Part shown: positions 1 to 11,510 of the stretch, piece after piece
How the letters are laid out: the number at the start of each line of letters is the position of its first letter
Position numbering within the stretch: position 1 is the stretch's first letter
Source of the DNA: Octopus vulgaris
Taxonomy: Eukaryota
Assembly: GCA_951406725.2 (NCBI GenBank)
Contig: OX597816.1
Span: forward strand, 46,872,001-46,936,000
Direction: 5' to 3'
Length of the DNA: 64,000 nucleotides
The notes under the pieces: generated by a model
Databases searched by the model: none
Seen by the model: the letters and a program-made list of their open reading frames with translations, nothing else
What the model was told of the DNA's origin: nothing
Translations under genes and position numbers: made by a program

Positions 1-625
1 GTGAATTTTGATGCTAAAGTTTGTTATAGACTGACGAATAGCTCATTTAACATGCCATTAACGTTTTTAAAAATTTTTTTGTTTAATTCTTTCGTAAATC
101 ATTAACAGTAAGGATAATTGATAAAAACTACTGCATTCGAATTGTTGCTGTTGTTGTTCAGCCCTAGGTCATGAGCAGAACCATGGTTAAATGCGTTCTA
201 AGAACTATAGCATGTCCTTCCTTCTGTTTATTTTATTTATCTATTTATTCATTCATTAAGATAGTACAATGTGGCTTAAATGAATTTCATTACTATTTCG
301 TATTTTTCATGGTATTTTGCTTGGGGGATGAGGGAAGAGGTAAAAGATTCGAAATAGAAAAATTGCCGAAACTCTGTGAGAAATATTGGTACCAGTTACG
401 AAGAAATAATCTATTATATGAAACCTGGAACTCTAGAACAGAGTATATATAAATAACTAATTGTAACATTTACACTTTGCCCTGAAAACATTAAAGCAAA
501 AAAAAATAATAATTTAGTCATGGATTTGATTTACCAAGAATTTACTGCACCATCTGAAGAAAACGGGTGTTTTTTTTTACTTCGTTTCATTATCTTTTTT
601 TTTATCGGTAAGCATAAGACCTTTG

Positions 626-789
626 AAGGTGACGAAGTTGCAGAATCGTTCGCACGTTGGACAAAATGTTTAGAGACATTTCTTCTGGATCTTTACATTC
701 TGAGTTCAAATCCTGTTGAAGTGAACCTTGCTTTCATCCATTTGGGGGTCAATAAAATAAGTATCGATCATGTTCTACTGGGGTCAATG
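626..789 (+). mobile_element. Family-B tRNA-derived SINE, degenerate, interrupted by a hAT-like MITE
   Basis: gcagaatcgtt...ctgagttcaaat...ctttcatcc...aataagta; the SINE resumes at about 1175-1195. Confidence 0.7.
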
Positions 790-1174
790 CAGGGCCAGAT
801 TAAGACCAATAGGGGCTTAAGCACTTAAAAGATTTTGGTACCCACCACATATATGTAATTCAAAGAATAAACCATAAAATAAATTTTTAGTTTTTGAATG
901 AAACAAAACTAACAGTAAGTTGGAAAGCATCACTTTGCACTATTTATAGTTTTTTAATTATTTTCTCCTATTTTTTCAATTGCTAAGTTTTTCATCAGAT
1001 CCTCACTGTGACACTATGAACACTTCAAGATTATTTAAACCATTTTGAATATTATTTTAGCAAGTTTAAAGTGATTTCTTTTGTGCTATAAACCATTTAC
1101 CCTTTCTGTTGTGCTCCACTTCCCTTGATACCCTAAGCATGTGCTTCTTTTGTTTAATGGTTAATCCAGCACTC
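790..1174. mobile_element. hAT-like non-autonomous DNA transposon
   Basis: Degenerate TIRs cagggccagattaa / ttaatccagcactc; 8-bp TSD ggtcaatg (782-789) / ggttaatg (1175-1182). Confidence 0.65.
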
Positions 1175-2224
1175 GGTTAATGTAATCAACTTGCTGGGTT
1201 TGAACCTGGCAATGGATCAGCATCCTGTTCAGGGGTAATGTTGTGATTTCAGTTACTTATACAAGGGAGTGCTGAAATACTGGAGGGTCAGTTAATTATG
1301 ATTTAATTGAGTATATTCCCCTCTCAGATTCACATACTTATTGCAGTGGTCCTTTAGTTTTTCTAAGCCCTGTAAAAGAACTCAGAAGGTTGGGCCTCCA
1401 AACAGGCCTTTCGCAATACCCTTAATTAGCTAGGAACCATGGAAACCAGGTAACTGACCTTAGGGCTTAAGATTTAAAAAAAATGCTGTTTGAGAGAAGA
1501 GGGGAAATGGTTTTAATGGCTTCAGTATATTACTGATATCTGATCAAAAGAATGAAAATAGATTTGGCCGTAGTAAGATTTGGTATCAAATTAAATACAC
1601 TGAAAGCTGTGTTTACCAGATATTTTCTGTCCACATCTTTCTTGGCTCTACAGTGGTCAGAGAAATTGGACACATCACCAATGAAGTAAATGGATTTTAT
1701 AAGCTAATGGTTCATGTTGCTGAGGTTTGGAGGGGGAGATTCAATGCAATAAGTGTCATTTTACCCCTTAAACTGAAAAGTAGGAGTACATTGTTCCCAA
1801 CAAATCTCCCATTTTCATCACTTCACATACAGGAGATGATAGTAAATGTCAAAAGAATAACAACAAAATAAATGCTCCCAGTGGAATGCTATCACTCAGT
1901 GCCGACTTAAATATCACAATACTACTTTTTAGGATGAGTGATGATGGTGTAAATGGTACTCTGAGAAATACTTTGGTAAAGTATCTAATTCAGCTCCCCA
2001 CTATCTGTGTAAGAGCTAGAAAATCTATTCTTTATTTATCATCAATTACATTTGTCAAAATCAATAATTCTATCTCTTGCTCTTTGTTGTAATTGATTAG
2101 AATACTCTTCAGTAGATCAGAATTTCAAATTTCATCACAAACAGTGCTTTTTAAAAAAATTTTTTTTCAATACCTGGTCTCAAGAAGAGACGACACTAAT
2201 TACTACTACTCTTACTGTTTAGCC

Positions 2225-2930
2225 TGTATCAGTGCTTCTGATTACAGCATCAAGTGGAAAGTACTAGAGAGGTGCAAGTCTTACTTCAAAAACAGTAGTA
2301 GGTGCAGGCTATGTTCGGCAGAAAAAAGAACTACATTAAAGAACTCTCTTCATCTGGATACCTACCTAAACTGTAAAAGCAAAATTTTCTGATCCTACCC
2401 AAATGAAAGGCAATATGTACTTAAATACTGGTGGTCTGCACCATGATTATAAACATTAGAGCTTCCAGCATCAGTACTTCCCGCCTCCTCAATCTGAGGG
2501 TTCACCCCAAGATCTGACATATCCAACTTAATGTATACAAAAGCACACATCTACATGGATATGTCCATGCATGATTTTATGATTGACCACCCACTTTCTG
2601 TCCTCTCCCCTACACATATATCAACCCCCATACTGCCAGTACCCAAATCCCAAGCCCACTTTGCAGGTGGTTACCTATTACAGCATGAAGACACTCTGAT
2701 CCTTGTACAAGAGGCATAACTCTTGATGATTTTTTCCCCCTCTGAACTTCCATGGGTTTCTTGTTTTTTTTCACAACACCAATAAACTGAATGTGGAACT
2801 TCCTCTGATGAGAGAACCCAATATGGTTTGAAAATCATTTAAGGCTGTTTGCTACTTTTCTAGTCTACAGAGAAATAGTTAAATTTTCTCTGTTTAAATA
2901 TTTTGCACAACATCTCACAAACCCTCTCCA
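2225..2930 (+). mobile_element. Penelope-like element 3' fragment (GIY-YIG endonuclease C-terminus and pLTR remnant)
   Basis: YSIKWKVLERCKSY...RCRLCSAEK...YLNCKSKIF resembles the PLE motif I.W.IL....Y....C.LC..EK...LNKRSE; hammerhead-like core at 2802-2844. Confidence 0.7.
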
Positions 2931-3086
2931 CCTATTGATATGATCCAGAGACAAGCTGCAGCAAAATATGTAATGCCAATACAAGCTACAGGTTCAGGAA
3001 TAAAAGGGTGGCCATAATCTCAATCACAAGCAAAAGATCCCCAAAATGTTCAATGTCATTCACCCACCCCAACCCATATATATATA

Positions 3087-3501
3087 TACTCTTTTACTTG
3101 TTTCAGTCATTTGACTGTGGCCATGCTGGAGCGCCACCTTTAGTCAAGCAAATCGACCCCAGGATCTATTCTTTGTAAGCCTAGTACTTATTTTATCGTT
3201 CTCTTTTGCCAAACCGCTAAGTTACAGGGATGTAAACACACCGGCATCGATTGTCAAGCGATGTTGGGGGGACAAACACAGACACACAAAAACATATGCA
3301 CACACACATATATACATATATATATATACATATATATATGACAGGTTTCTTTCAGTTTCAGTCTACCAAATCCACTCACAAGGCTTTGGTCGGCCCAAGG
3401 CTATAGTAGAAGACACTTACCCAAGGTGCCATGCAGTGGGACTGAACCCGGAACCATGTGGTTCGTGAGCAAGCTACTTACCACACAGCCACTCCTACGC
3501 C
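3087..3501 (-). mobile_element. Family-A tRNA-derived SINE (CORE-like centre, internal TA/CA tract), full length
   Basis: Near-identical to copies at 7247 and 8681; A box tggctgtgtggt, B box ggttcagtccc, gcaccttgggtaagtgtc. Confidence 0.85.
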
Positions 3502-4365
3502 TATTTGGCAGGATTTCTCAAAATTAGTTCTAAGGAACCCTAGGATTCTAAAGAAAAACTTTGGGATCCCAAGAGACAAGGTGTCTTCAAATATAATTTA
3601 ATAAAAAAAGATTTCATGAAACAAATGCTATTCACTATTCTTAGAATAATAAGTTATGTTTCTGTTATATGAATATATGCTCCCTATAAAATAACTTTTG
3701 TTTCATTTAATATCTCAGGAAAATTAAAGTAGTAGTGTTGGGGGTTATCCATAAAATACAGCTATAAGGTCTTTGAATTTTGGAAAATTGTATATAAGAC
3801 TGTGTGGTTTGCTTCCCAACCACACATGATTCTGGGTTCAGTCCACTGCATGGCACCTTTGGCAGGTGTCTTCTGCTATAGCCTCAGGCCGACCAAAATG
3901 GATTTCGTAGATGGAAACTGAAAGAAGCCCATTGTATATGTGTATGTTGTGTCTTTGTGTTTGTACTCCCATTATTGTTTGACAGCCAGTGTTGGTGTGT
4001 TTCCATCCCAATAACTAAATAGTTCAGCAAAAGAGACTGATACAATAAGTTCTGGGATTGATTTGTTCAACTAAAATTCTTCAAGAATTAAAGAATAAAA
4101 TGTTCTGAGTCAAAATAAGTACAGAAATCATTGGAGTGAAACTAATCATTGCACTACTTCATATGGTTTGGTTGATTCTTTCAGATTGACAATATACTGG
4201 TTATTAGAATGTGACTGGAAAGTTTGTATTGTAAAACCACCCAAGAAACTTCCTTTGAACATGCAGCAAAATAATACAACCTCAGAAAAGGCCAACTACA
4301 TCCACAAGGTGAAACAACAATAAACATCTGGAACCTTTTCACATTAGGTACTGTACCTGTCAGTA

Positions 4366-4460
4366 CCAGTTACACACAGGGGTCGATGTAATCAACTTAA
4401 TCTGTTTGTCTGTCCTTGTTTGTCCCCTCTGTGTTTAGTCCCTTGTGGGTAGTAAAGAAA
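4366..4460 (+). mobile_element. 5'-truncated family-B SINE with 21-bp TSD
   Basis: taggta(c/t)tgtacctgtcagta at 4345-4365 and 4461-4481. Confidence 0.75.
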
Positions 4461-4679
4461 TAGGTATTGTACCTGTCAGTATCAAGAGCTGCTATTTTTT
4501 TTTTTTTTGGTAGTATTTAAAACAAAACCCAATTAAAATGCTGTAGTTCATAATATTCTCTACCATTACATTCATCTCGTCTTTTGAAACACATGGCACC
4601 AGACAGAGAATATATATTTTTATAAGTACCACCTGTTGTATGGTTAACATACACACACACATACATGCATGCAAAAAGA

Positions 4680-5090
4680 AGATATCTGTGCTGAATCTAC
4701 AGCTACTCTATCCAGATTGCAAGTTGAGGTTTATACCTGTAATTATTGGGGCACTGGGATATGTAACACACTACCTAAATACTAATCTTGAGAAATTAGG
4801 CTTCTCAAAATCAGAAAGGAGAAAGCTGATCTGAAGACTGCAGATCCAAGCCTGGAACTGTAAAAATCTGTAAAACTTCCCAGAAGTTTATTATTTAAGT
4901 ATGTATGAGCATGTCTAGACTTAGAACTATATGCATGAGAATACATACATAAAACAAAACATACAAATCTGTACATATACATAAATGCCCTGTTGATGTT
5001 GTTGAAATTCCAATGAAGGAGCCTTGGATCTAGGTTAGAAACCAGCTCTTTCTCTATTGGCAAGAAATCTTGAAATAAAACGGAATAATG
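4680..5090 (+). mobile_element. R4/Dong-like non-LTR retrotransposon 3' fragment (restriction-like endonuclease end + 3' UTR)
   Basis: NLQLLYPDCKLRFIPVIIGALGYVT..LEKLG; the PVIIGALG motif is typical of R4-clade RLE domains; ends in microsatellite. Confidence 0.65.
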
Positions 5091-5117
5091 ACTGACTGAC
5101 CAACCTACATACATACA

Positions 5118-5625
5118 TACCATAAATCCTTGAGTATAATCCACACTTTTTTCCCAAAATTTAAAGGTCAAAATCCCTAGTGCGTACTATATACAAGGCT
5201 TAAAATGAAAAATATTTTCTAAGCAATGTCAGAGTCTCTATTTGCTGTCTGGCAATGTTTATTTATTCAGATGCATTTTGTGATGTCGGGCATGAAAATA
5301 CCTTAAGCTAAGCCTGAAAGCAATGAAGTCATAAAAGAATCCTCTATAACTTGCAAGTAAGCAACATTTATTAAAATAAAAGTATTCAGAACACAGAATA
5401 ACATGTAACAAAAACAATTTGCAAACATAATTACATTTCCATTATTGTATTACGTATACGTGGAAGTGTTTGTTCGATTAGGTGCTGCTGGCTTAATTAC
5501 GAACGACTCAAGTTAGAGAAGTGGTGCGTATTATACACAAGGTTTAGGTTTTTCAGAGATACATCCCCCTAAAAATCCCCTGCATATTATACTCAAGGGC
5601 GGACTATACTCGAGGATTTACGGTA
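5118..5625. mobile_element. pogo/Tc1-mariner-type MITE
   Basis: 27-bp ends taccataaatccttgagtataatccac / gcggactatactcgaggatttacggta, including the TA dinucleotides. Confidence 0.8.
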
Positions 5626-6044
5626 CATACATACATATAAACAGACAGACAGTTTGAAAAACAATTAGCCTCATAAAAAGAAGCCATTTACCAGTGTAAG
5701 TAATGAAAAGTGCATAAAAAATATTTTTCTTATTTGGTTCTCAATTTTAATGTGAAGAAAATCAGGCCAAATGTAAATGCAAAACAACTTGATAAATAAC
5801 AGGTTATTTCACATAGATAGGAGTGTTGATATGTTTGTTATATGTCAGCTTGAAAGATAGGAGATAACGATGTTCATTACTGACTTCAAATTTTGCATTA
5901 TGGGCATATGGTTAAGATGTTTGGTTTCCAACCGCATAGCTTTGGGTTCAGTTCAGCAGCACAGAAACTTGGACTCTACTATATTCCCGAACCAACCAAA
6001 GCCTTGAGTGGTTTTAGTAGGCAGAAATTGAAAAACCATTGTAT

Positions 6045-6420
6045 ATATCATCATCATCACTTAGCATCTGCTTTCCATGCTGGCATGGGTTAGACAGTTT
6101 GACTGAAACCAGTAAGCTGTAGGACTACACCAGATTCCAATCTGATTTGGCATGGTTTCTATGGTCGGATGCCCTTCCTAACACCAACCACTCCAAGAAT
6201 GTAATGGGTTCTTTTTACATACCACTGGCACAGGTGCCAGTTAGGCAATACCAGTATTAGCCACGACTACAATTTCACTTGGCTTGATGGGTCTTCTCAT
6301 ACATTCATATATCAGATCAGATTGGAGTCTGGTGCAGCCATCTGGTTCGCCAGACCTCAGTCAAATTGTCCAACCCATGCTAGCATGGAAAGTGGACGTT
6401 AAACGATGATGATGATGATG

Positions 6421-6425
<5 letters not shown>
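6045..6425. mobile_element. Two divergent family-C (RTE-related, (GAT)n-tailed) SINE fragments
   Basis: catcatc..tttccatgctggcatgggtt (- strand) and aacccatgctagcatggaaagtggacgttaaacgatgatgat (+ strand). Confidence 0.7.
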
Positions 6426-6462
<37 letters not shown>

Positions 6463-6543
6463 TAAGGATGAGATCGTTAATTTAAATATCAATCTTATCA
6501 AGTGGCCAGCATGGGAATAAAAAACTTTAAAGGTAATAATTAT

Positions 6544-6699
6544 TATTAAAATTATAATTTAGGGTATCTAAGAGATACCGCCACGCTGGTCTTCTCTCCT
6601 AGTGCTGTATGAACATTTAATGTGGTTTTAGAGTTAGGTTTTGGCTGCTATTTTCAGCGTTGCGGTATCTCTTAGATACCCTAAATTATAATTTTAATA
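6544..6699. repeat. 45-bp inverted repeat, 1 mismatch, 66-nt spacer
   Basis: Arms at 6544-6588 and 6655-6699. Confidence 0.9.
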
Positions 6700-6752
6700 T
6701 ATATATATAATTTCAATTTTTGTGTCTACAGTAGAAAGGATTATTATTATTG

Positions 6753-7230
6753 TGGCGAGGTGGCAGAATCATTAGTACATTGGGCAAAATGCTTAGTGGC
6801 ATTTTGTCTGTCTTAACATTCTGAGTTCCGCTGAGGTTGACTTTACCTTTTATCCTTGATAAAATATGTACCAGTATAGTTACTGGAATCAATGTAATCG
6901 ACTAGCCTTCTCCCCCAAATTTCATGCCTTGTGCCTACATTGGAAAGGATTATTATTATGATTACTATTATTATTGGAATCGTGGATTTGCAGAATCATA
7001 GTGTCAGACAAACTGCCTTACCCAGCAGTATTTATGGCCCTCTATATTCTGATTTCAAATCCTAGAGAGGTCAACTTATTTAGGGTGATAGATTGACAGA
7101 ACTGTCTTAACATTGGGAAAAAAAGGCCTTGCATGATTTGTTCTGACTTTATATGTTCTGAATTCAAATCCTAGTGAAGTCAGATACCTGCCCCCTCAAA
7201 ATTGTCAGCCTTGTGTCTAATCTAGAAACT
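6753..7230. mobile_element. Cluster of family-B SINE copies and fragments between (ATT)n tracts
   Basis: Repeated ggcagaatc...ctgagttc...gactttacc motifs. Confidence 0.7.
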
Positions 7231-7246
7231 ATTATTATTATTATTA

Positions 7247-7624
7247 GGTGTAGGAGTTGCTGTGTGGTAAGTAGCTTGCTTACAAACCACATGGTCCCGG
7301 GTTCAGTCCCACTCAATGGCACCTTGGGCAAGTGTCTTCTACTATAGCCTCGGGCCAACCAAAGCCTTGTGAGTGGATTTGGTAGACGGAAACTGAAAGA
7401 AGCCCATCGTATATATATATGTTTGTGTGTCTGCATTTGTCCCCCTAACATCGTTTGACAACCGATGCTGGTGTGTTTACGTCCCCATAACTTAGCGGTT
7501 CAGAAAAAGAAACCGATAGTACTAGGCTTACAAAGAATAAGTCCTGGGGTCGATTTGCTTGACTAAAAAAGGTGGTGCTCCAGCATGGCCACAGTCAAAT
7601 GACTGAAACAAGAGTAAAAGAGTA
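7247..7624 (+). mobile_element. Family-A SINE, full length
   Basis: ggtgtaggagttgctgtgtggt...gaaacaagagtaaaagagta. Confidence 0.85.
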
Positions 7625-7649
7625 ATATTATTATTATTAAGGTGGTGAT

Positions 7650-8223
7650 AGTCCACTCTGCTGTGTGGTTGGTGTTAGGAATGGCATCCAGCTGTAAAAA
7701 TCTTGCCAAAAGTTACAGAAGTCTGGTGCAAGCTTCTGCCAGGCTGGCCCTTGTCAAAACGTCCCACCCATGCTAGCATGGAAGGCAGATGTTAAACAAT
7801 GATGATGATGATGAGCTGGCAGAATCGTTAGCACGGTGGACGAAAAGCTTAACGGTATTTCGCCTGTTGCTACATTCTGAGTTCAAATTCTGCCAAGGTC
7901 AACTTTACCTTTCATTCTTTCAGGGTCGATAAAATAAGTACCAGTTGAACACTGGGGTTAATGTAATCAATTCATCCCTTCTGCAAAATTGCTGTCCTTG
8001 TGGCAAAATTTGAAAACATTAGCCTTGCCTGGCACCTGTGCAGGTGGCACGTAAAAAGCACCCACTACACTCACGGAGTGGTTGGCGTTAGGAAGGGCAT
8101 CAAGCTGTAGAAACACTGCCAGATCAGACTGGAGCCTGGTGCAGCCTTCTGGCTTCCCAGATCCCTGGTCGAACCATCCAACCCATGCTAGCATGGAGAA
8201 CGGACGTTAAACGATGATGATGA
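7650..8223 (+). mobile_element. Nested or adjacent family-C, family-B and family-C SINE copies
   Basis: (GAT)n tails at about 7800-7813 and 8213-8223; family-B body at about 7812-8020. Confidence 0.75.
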
Positions 8224-8239
8224 GGGTAGAATCTGATGC

Positions 8240-8506
8240 CTTTGTTCAGCCAGCTCTCATTCTGTAACCCAGCAGCAGCAAACCACTGGTGTGCCCTCTT
8301 TATCCAAAGCTACATAGTGGGCTTCTCTGCCGCTTTAGTAATGAAATTTAGAGCACTCCTCTTTGATGCACCAGTAACTCCAAGCCCAGTCAATGCTCTG
8401 CAGAATGAACATCCCACAAAACCTTGGCAGCCCACCTCAGTTGCCTTGCAATGTGCCTGCCAGCACTATTTTGCACTGTTCTACCAGCTCCTGGTATTTG
8501 GCAAGC
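8240..8506 (-). mobile_element. HERO-like non-LTR retrotransposon 3' fragment (RLE domain)
   Basis: AKYQELVEQC / frameshift / WQAHCKATEVGCQGFVGCSFCRALTGLGVTGASKRSAL...AAEKPTM*LWIKR resembles HERO KY.ELV..C...GW......EVGCRGF.G.S...AAE.A.RWLW.KR. Confidence 0.75.
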
Positions 8507-8680
8507 TAATGAAATACAACACACTAAATGTGGGGTTTACATTGATCAACAACAATAAAGGTATAACAAAAGATCAAATTTAATTCAAAAAAATTTCAGC
8601 AAGAAAAAGAATTCCTAATAGTAGGGCAGCCCATTGAGGATAATTCAACTGAAGGAAACCCCATATTAAAAAAGTCTATA

Positions 8681-9074
8681 GGCGCAGGAGTGGCTGTGTA
8701 GTAACTAGCTTGCTTACCAATCACATGGTTATGGGTTCATTCCCTCTGTGTGGCACCTTGGGCAAGTATCTTCTACTATAGCCTCGGGCCAACCAAAGCC
8801 TTGTGAGTGGATTTGGTAGATGGAAACTGAAAGAAGTCTGTCGTGTATATTTTTTATATATATATATATATATGTATGTGTGTCTGTATTTGTCCCCCCA
8901 ACATCGCTTGACAACCGATGGCGGTGTGTTTACATCCCCATAAATTAGCGGTTTGGCAAAAAGACTGATAGAATAAGTACTAGGCTTCCAAAGAATAAGT
9001 CCTGGGGTCGATTTGCTTGACTAAATACGGTGCTTCAGCATGGCCGCAGTCAAATGACTGAAACAAGTAAGAGT
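8681..9074 (+). mobile_element. Family-A SINE, full length
   Basis: ggcgcaggagtggctgtg...gaaacaagtaagagt. Confidence 0.85.
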
Positions 9075-9124
9075 TCTCTAGCATTGTGAAGGTGTCAAAA
9101 GTGCCCTTCCTCTCCAACAATAAT

Positions 9125-10184
9125 AATAATCCTTTCTGCTTTAGGCCTGATTTTTTATTTATTTATATATTTTTTTCTTGGTAGGAGCTAGTTGATTACA
9201 TCAATCCCAATGTTCTACTACTACTACAAATAATAATAATAATCCTTTCTACTGTAGACACAAAGCCTGAAAGTTTGGTGGATGGGACTAATTGATTGAC
9301 CCCACCACTGGACTGGTACTTATTTCATTGACCCTGAAAGGATGAAACGCAAAGACGACCTCAGCAGAATTTGAAATCAGAACGTAGTAACAGGTGTAAT
9401 ACCGTTAAGCACTTTGTCCAGCATGCTAACGATTCTGTCAGCTCACCACCTTAATAATAATTCTCATCATCATCGTCATCGTTTAACATCCGCCTTCCAT
9501 GCTAGCATGGGTTGGACAATTTGACTGAGGACTAGCGAACCAGATGGCTGCACCAGGCTCCAATCTTGATTTGGCAGAGTTTCTACAGCTGGGTGCCCTT
9601 CCTAACGCCAACCGCTCCGAGAGTGTAGTGGGTGCTTTTACATGTCACTAGCACAAGGGCTAGTCAGGCAGTGGTCATGGAAAATCGTTTTTTTTTTTCT
9701 TTTTTTAATATTAATCCTTTCTGCAATAGGCACAAAGCCTAAAATTTACGAGTAGGAGTTAAGTCGATTACATTGACCCCAGTACTTAACTGGTACTTAA
9801 TTTATTGACCCTGAAAGGATGAAAGGTAAAGTCGACCTCGGTGGAATTTGAACTCAGAACGTAAAGACGGGTGAAATACCACTAAGCATTTCATCCAACA
9901 TGCTAATGACTCTTCCAGCTCGCCACCTTACAACAACAACAACTAATAATAATAATAATAATGATAATGATCCACTCTACTAAAGGCACAAGGCCTGAAA
10001 TTTTGAGGGGAGGGGACTAGTCAATTACATTGACCCTAGCGTTTTCACTGGTACCTGATTTATCAACACTGAAAGGATGAAAAAAGTTGACCTCAGCGGA
10101 ATTTAAACTCAGACTGCAGCGAAGGGCGAAATACTGCTAAGCATTTCATCCAGCATGCTAACAATTCTGTCATCTTGTTGCCTT
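9125..10184 (-). mobile_element. Head-to-tail array of family-B SINEs (about 9243-9452, 9714-9929, 9970-10184) with one family-C copy (9466-9680)
   Basis: Repeated cctttctact..cacaa..gaaaggatgaaaggtaaagtcgacctc..cgccacctta units separated by (AAT)n. Confidence 0.8.
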
Positions 10185-11309
10185 AATAATAATAATAATA
10201 ATTTCCTACTTGAGCGTAGGATAATACATTTCTATAGTTGATCAAATTCACTCTTTGGTAATTCCTGCTACTTCAGTAGGAGAAAAAGAAAAAAAGAAAT
10301 CAACCCCAAGCAGGATTTTGACTATCCTTTTGGTAATTATAATAACGATGATTCTCTTACTGTTGCAGTGACATGAATCTGTAATCAACTTCTGGATATT
10401 AATAGTACATACTTTATCACTCAAATAAAGATGAATGGTTAAGTCAAGCCCTACTGGATTTGAACACAGAATGTAAAAGGCCACAAATAAATACAAGGCA
10501 TTTTATCTGGCATTCTATCATTTCTAATCTACTTCTTTTGTGATTCTATTGCAAACAACAACAGTTTCAATATAACACTGACAACTATCCAAGCTGTACT
10601 TTTTAGTTATGCTCCCTAAGTTTGTTCCTATTGAATCAATTTCCTATGAATCCTTATCACTTTCCATCTTCATTTTTATGACAGTATGAGTTGGATGGGT
10701 TACTAAGGTCAGGATCAGTTCTTATTCAGGTTTGGAACTGCCTCTCACTCATGTTACAAATTTTGGTATAGTTTCTATAAGATGAGTTTCCTGTTGCCAA
10801 CCATTTTACAAAGCATATCGGTTTTTTTTTTTATTGTAGCAAATCTCTTCAAGAGGTTATCTTGATTCCAGTAAGACCAAAGAGTCTTCTCTACTCTATA
10901 TTGTCTTCATTTGTTTGCCAGCATCAGTTGTGTTGTTTTGCCCTTGCAAGACTGCATTGTCTTCATTCGTTTCCCTCTATCCCTTACTACTGGGTGGAAA
11001 GTGTGCTAGAGCATTTAGGTGACAGAAGTGAGAATAATGGAAGAGAGAGAATGACTGATAACCACACTATATGATTGTTGATAAAATCAGAGTCAGTATT
11101 ATTCAGGGGTTAAATTGTTAACCTGTATCCTTTATCCTGCACACTTCTGATCATGCACCTATTAAAAAAAAAAAAATTCTCAAATATTGTCAACCACTCT
11201 CCCAGTCTTTCCTATCTAGAAAATAATCTCTGTAGAATCACTCTATACCCAAGATTTTCTGTCAGATGTTCAAAAATTAACTGCATTGATTTCATTATTC
11301 TTGTAGCAC

Positions 11310-11510
11310 CTTAACATGGCAAACTGGCAGAATCGTTAGCATGCCAGACAAAATGCATAGTGGCATTTCATCTGTCTTTAGATTGTGAGTTCAAATATCA
11401 CTGAGGTTGACTTTGCCTTTCATCCTTTTGGGGTCAATAGAATAAGTACCAGTTGAGCACTGGAGTTAATATATTTGACTATCTCTCTCCAACAAAATTT
11501 CAAGCCTTGT
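11310..11510 (+). mobile_element. Family-B SINE
   Basis: ggcagaatcgttagc...gactttgcctttcatccttttggggtc. Confidence 0.75.
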
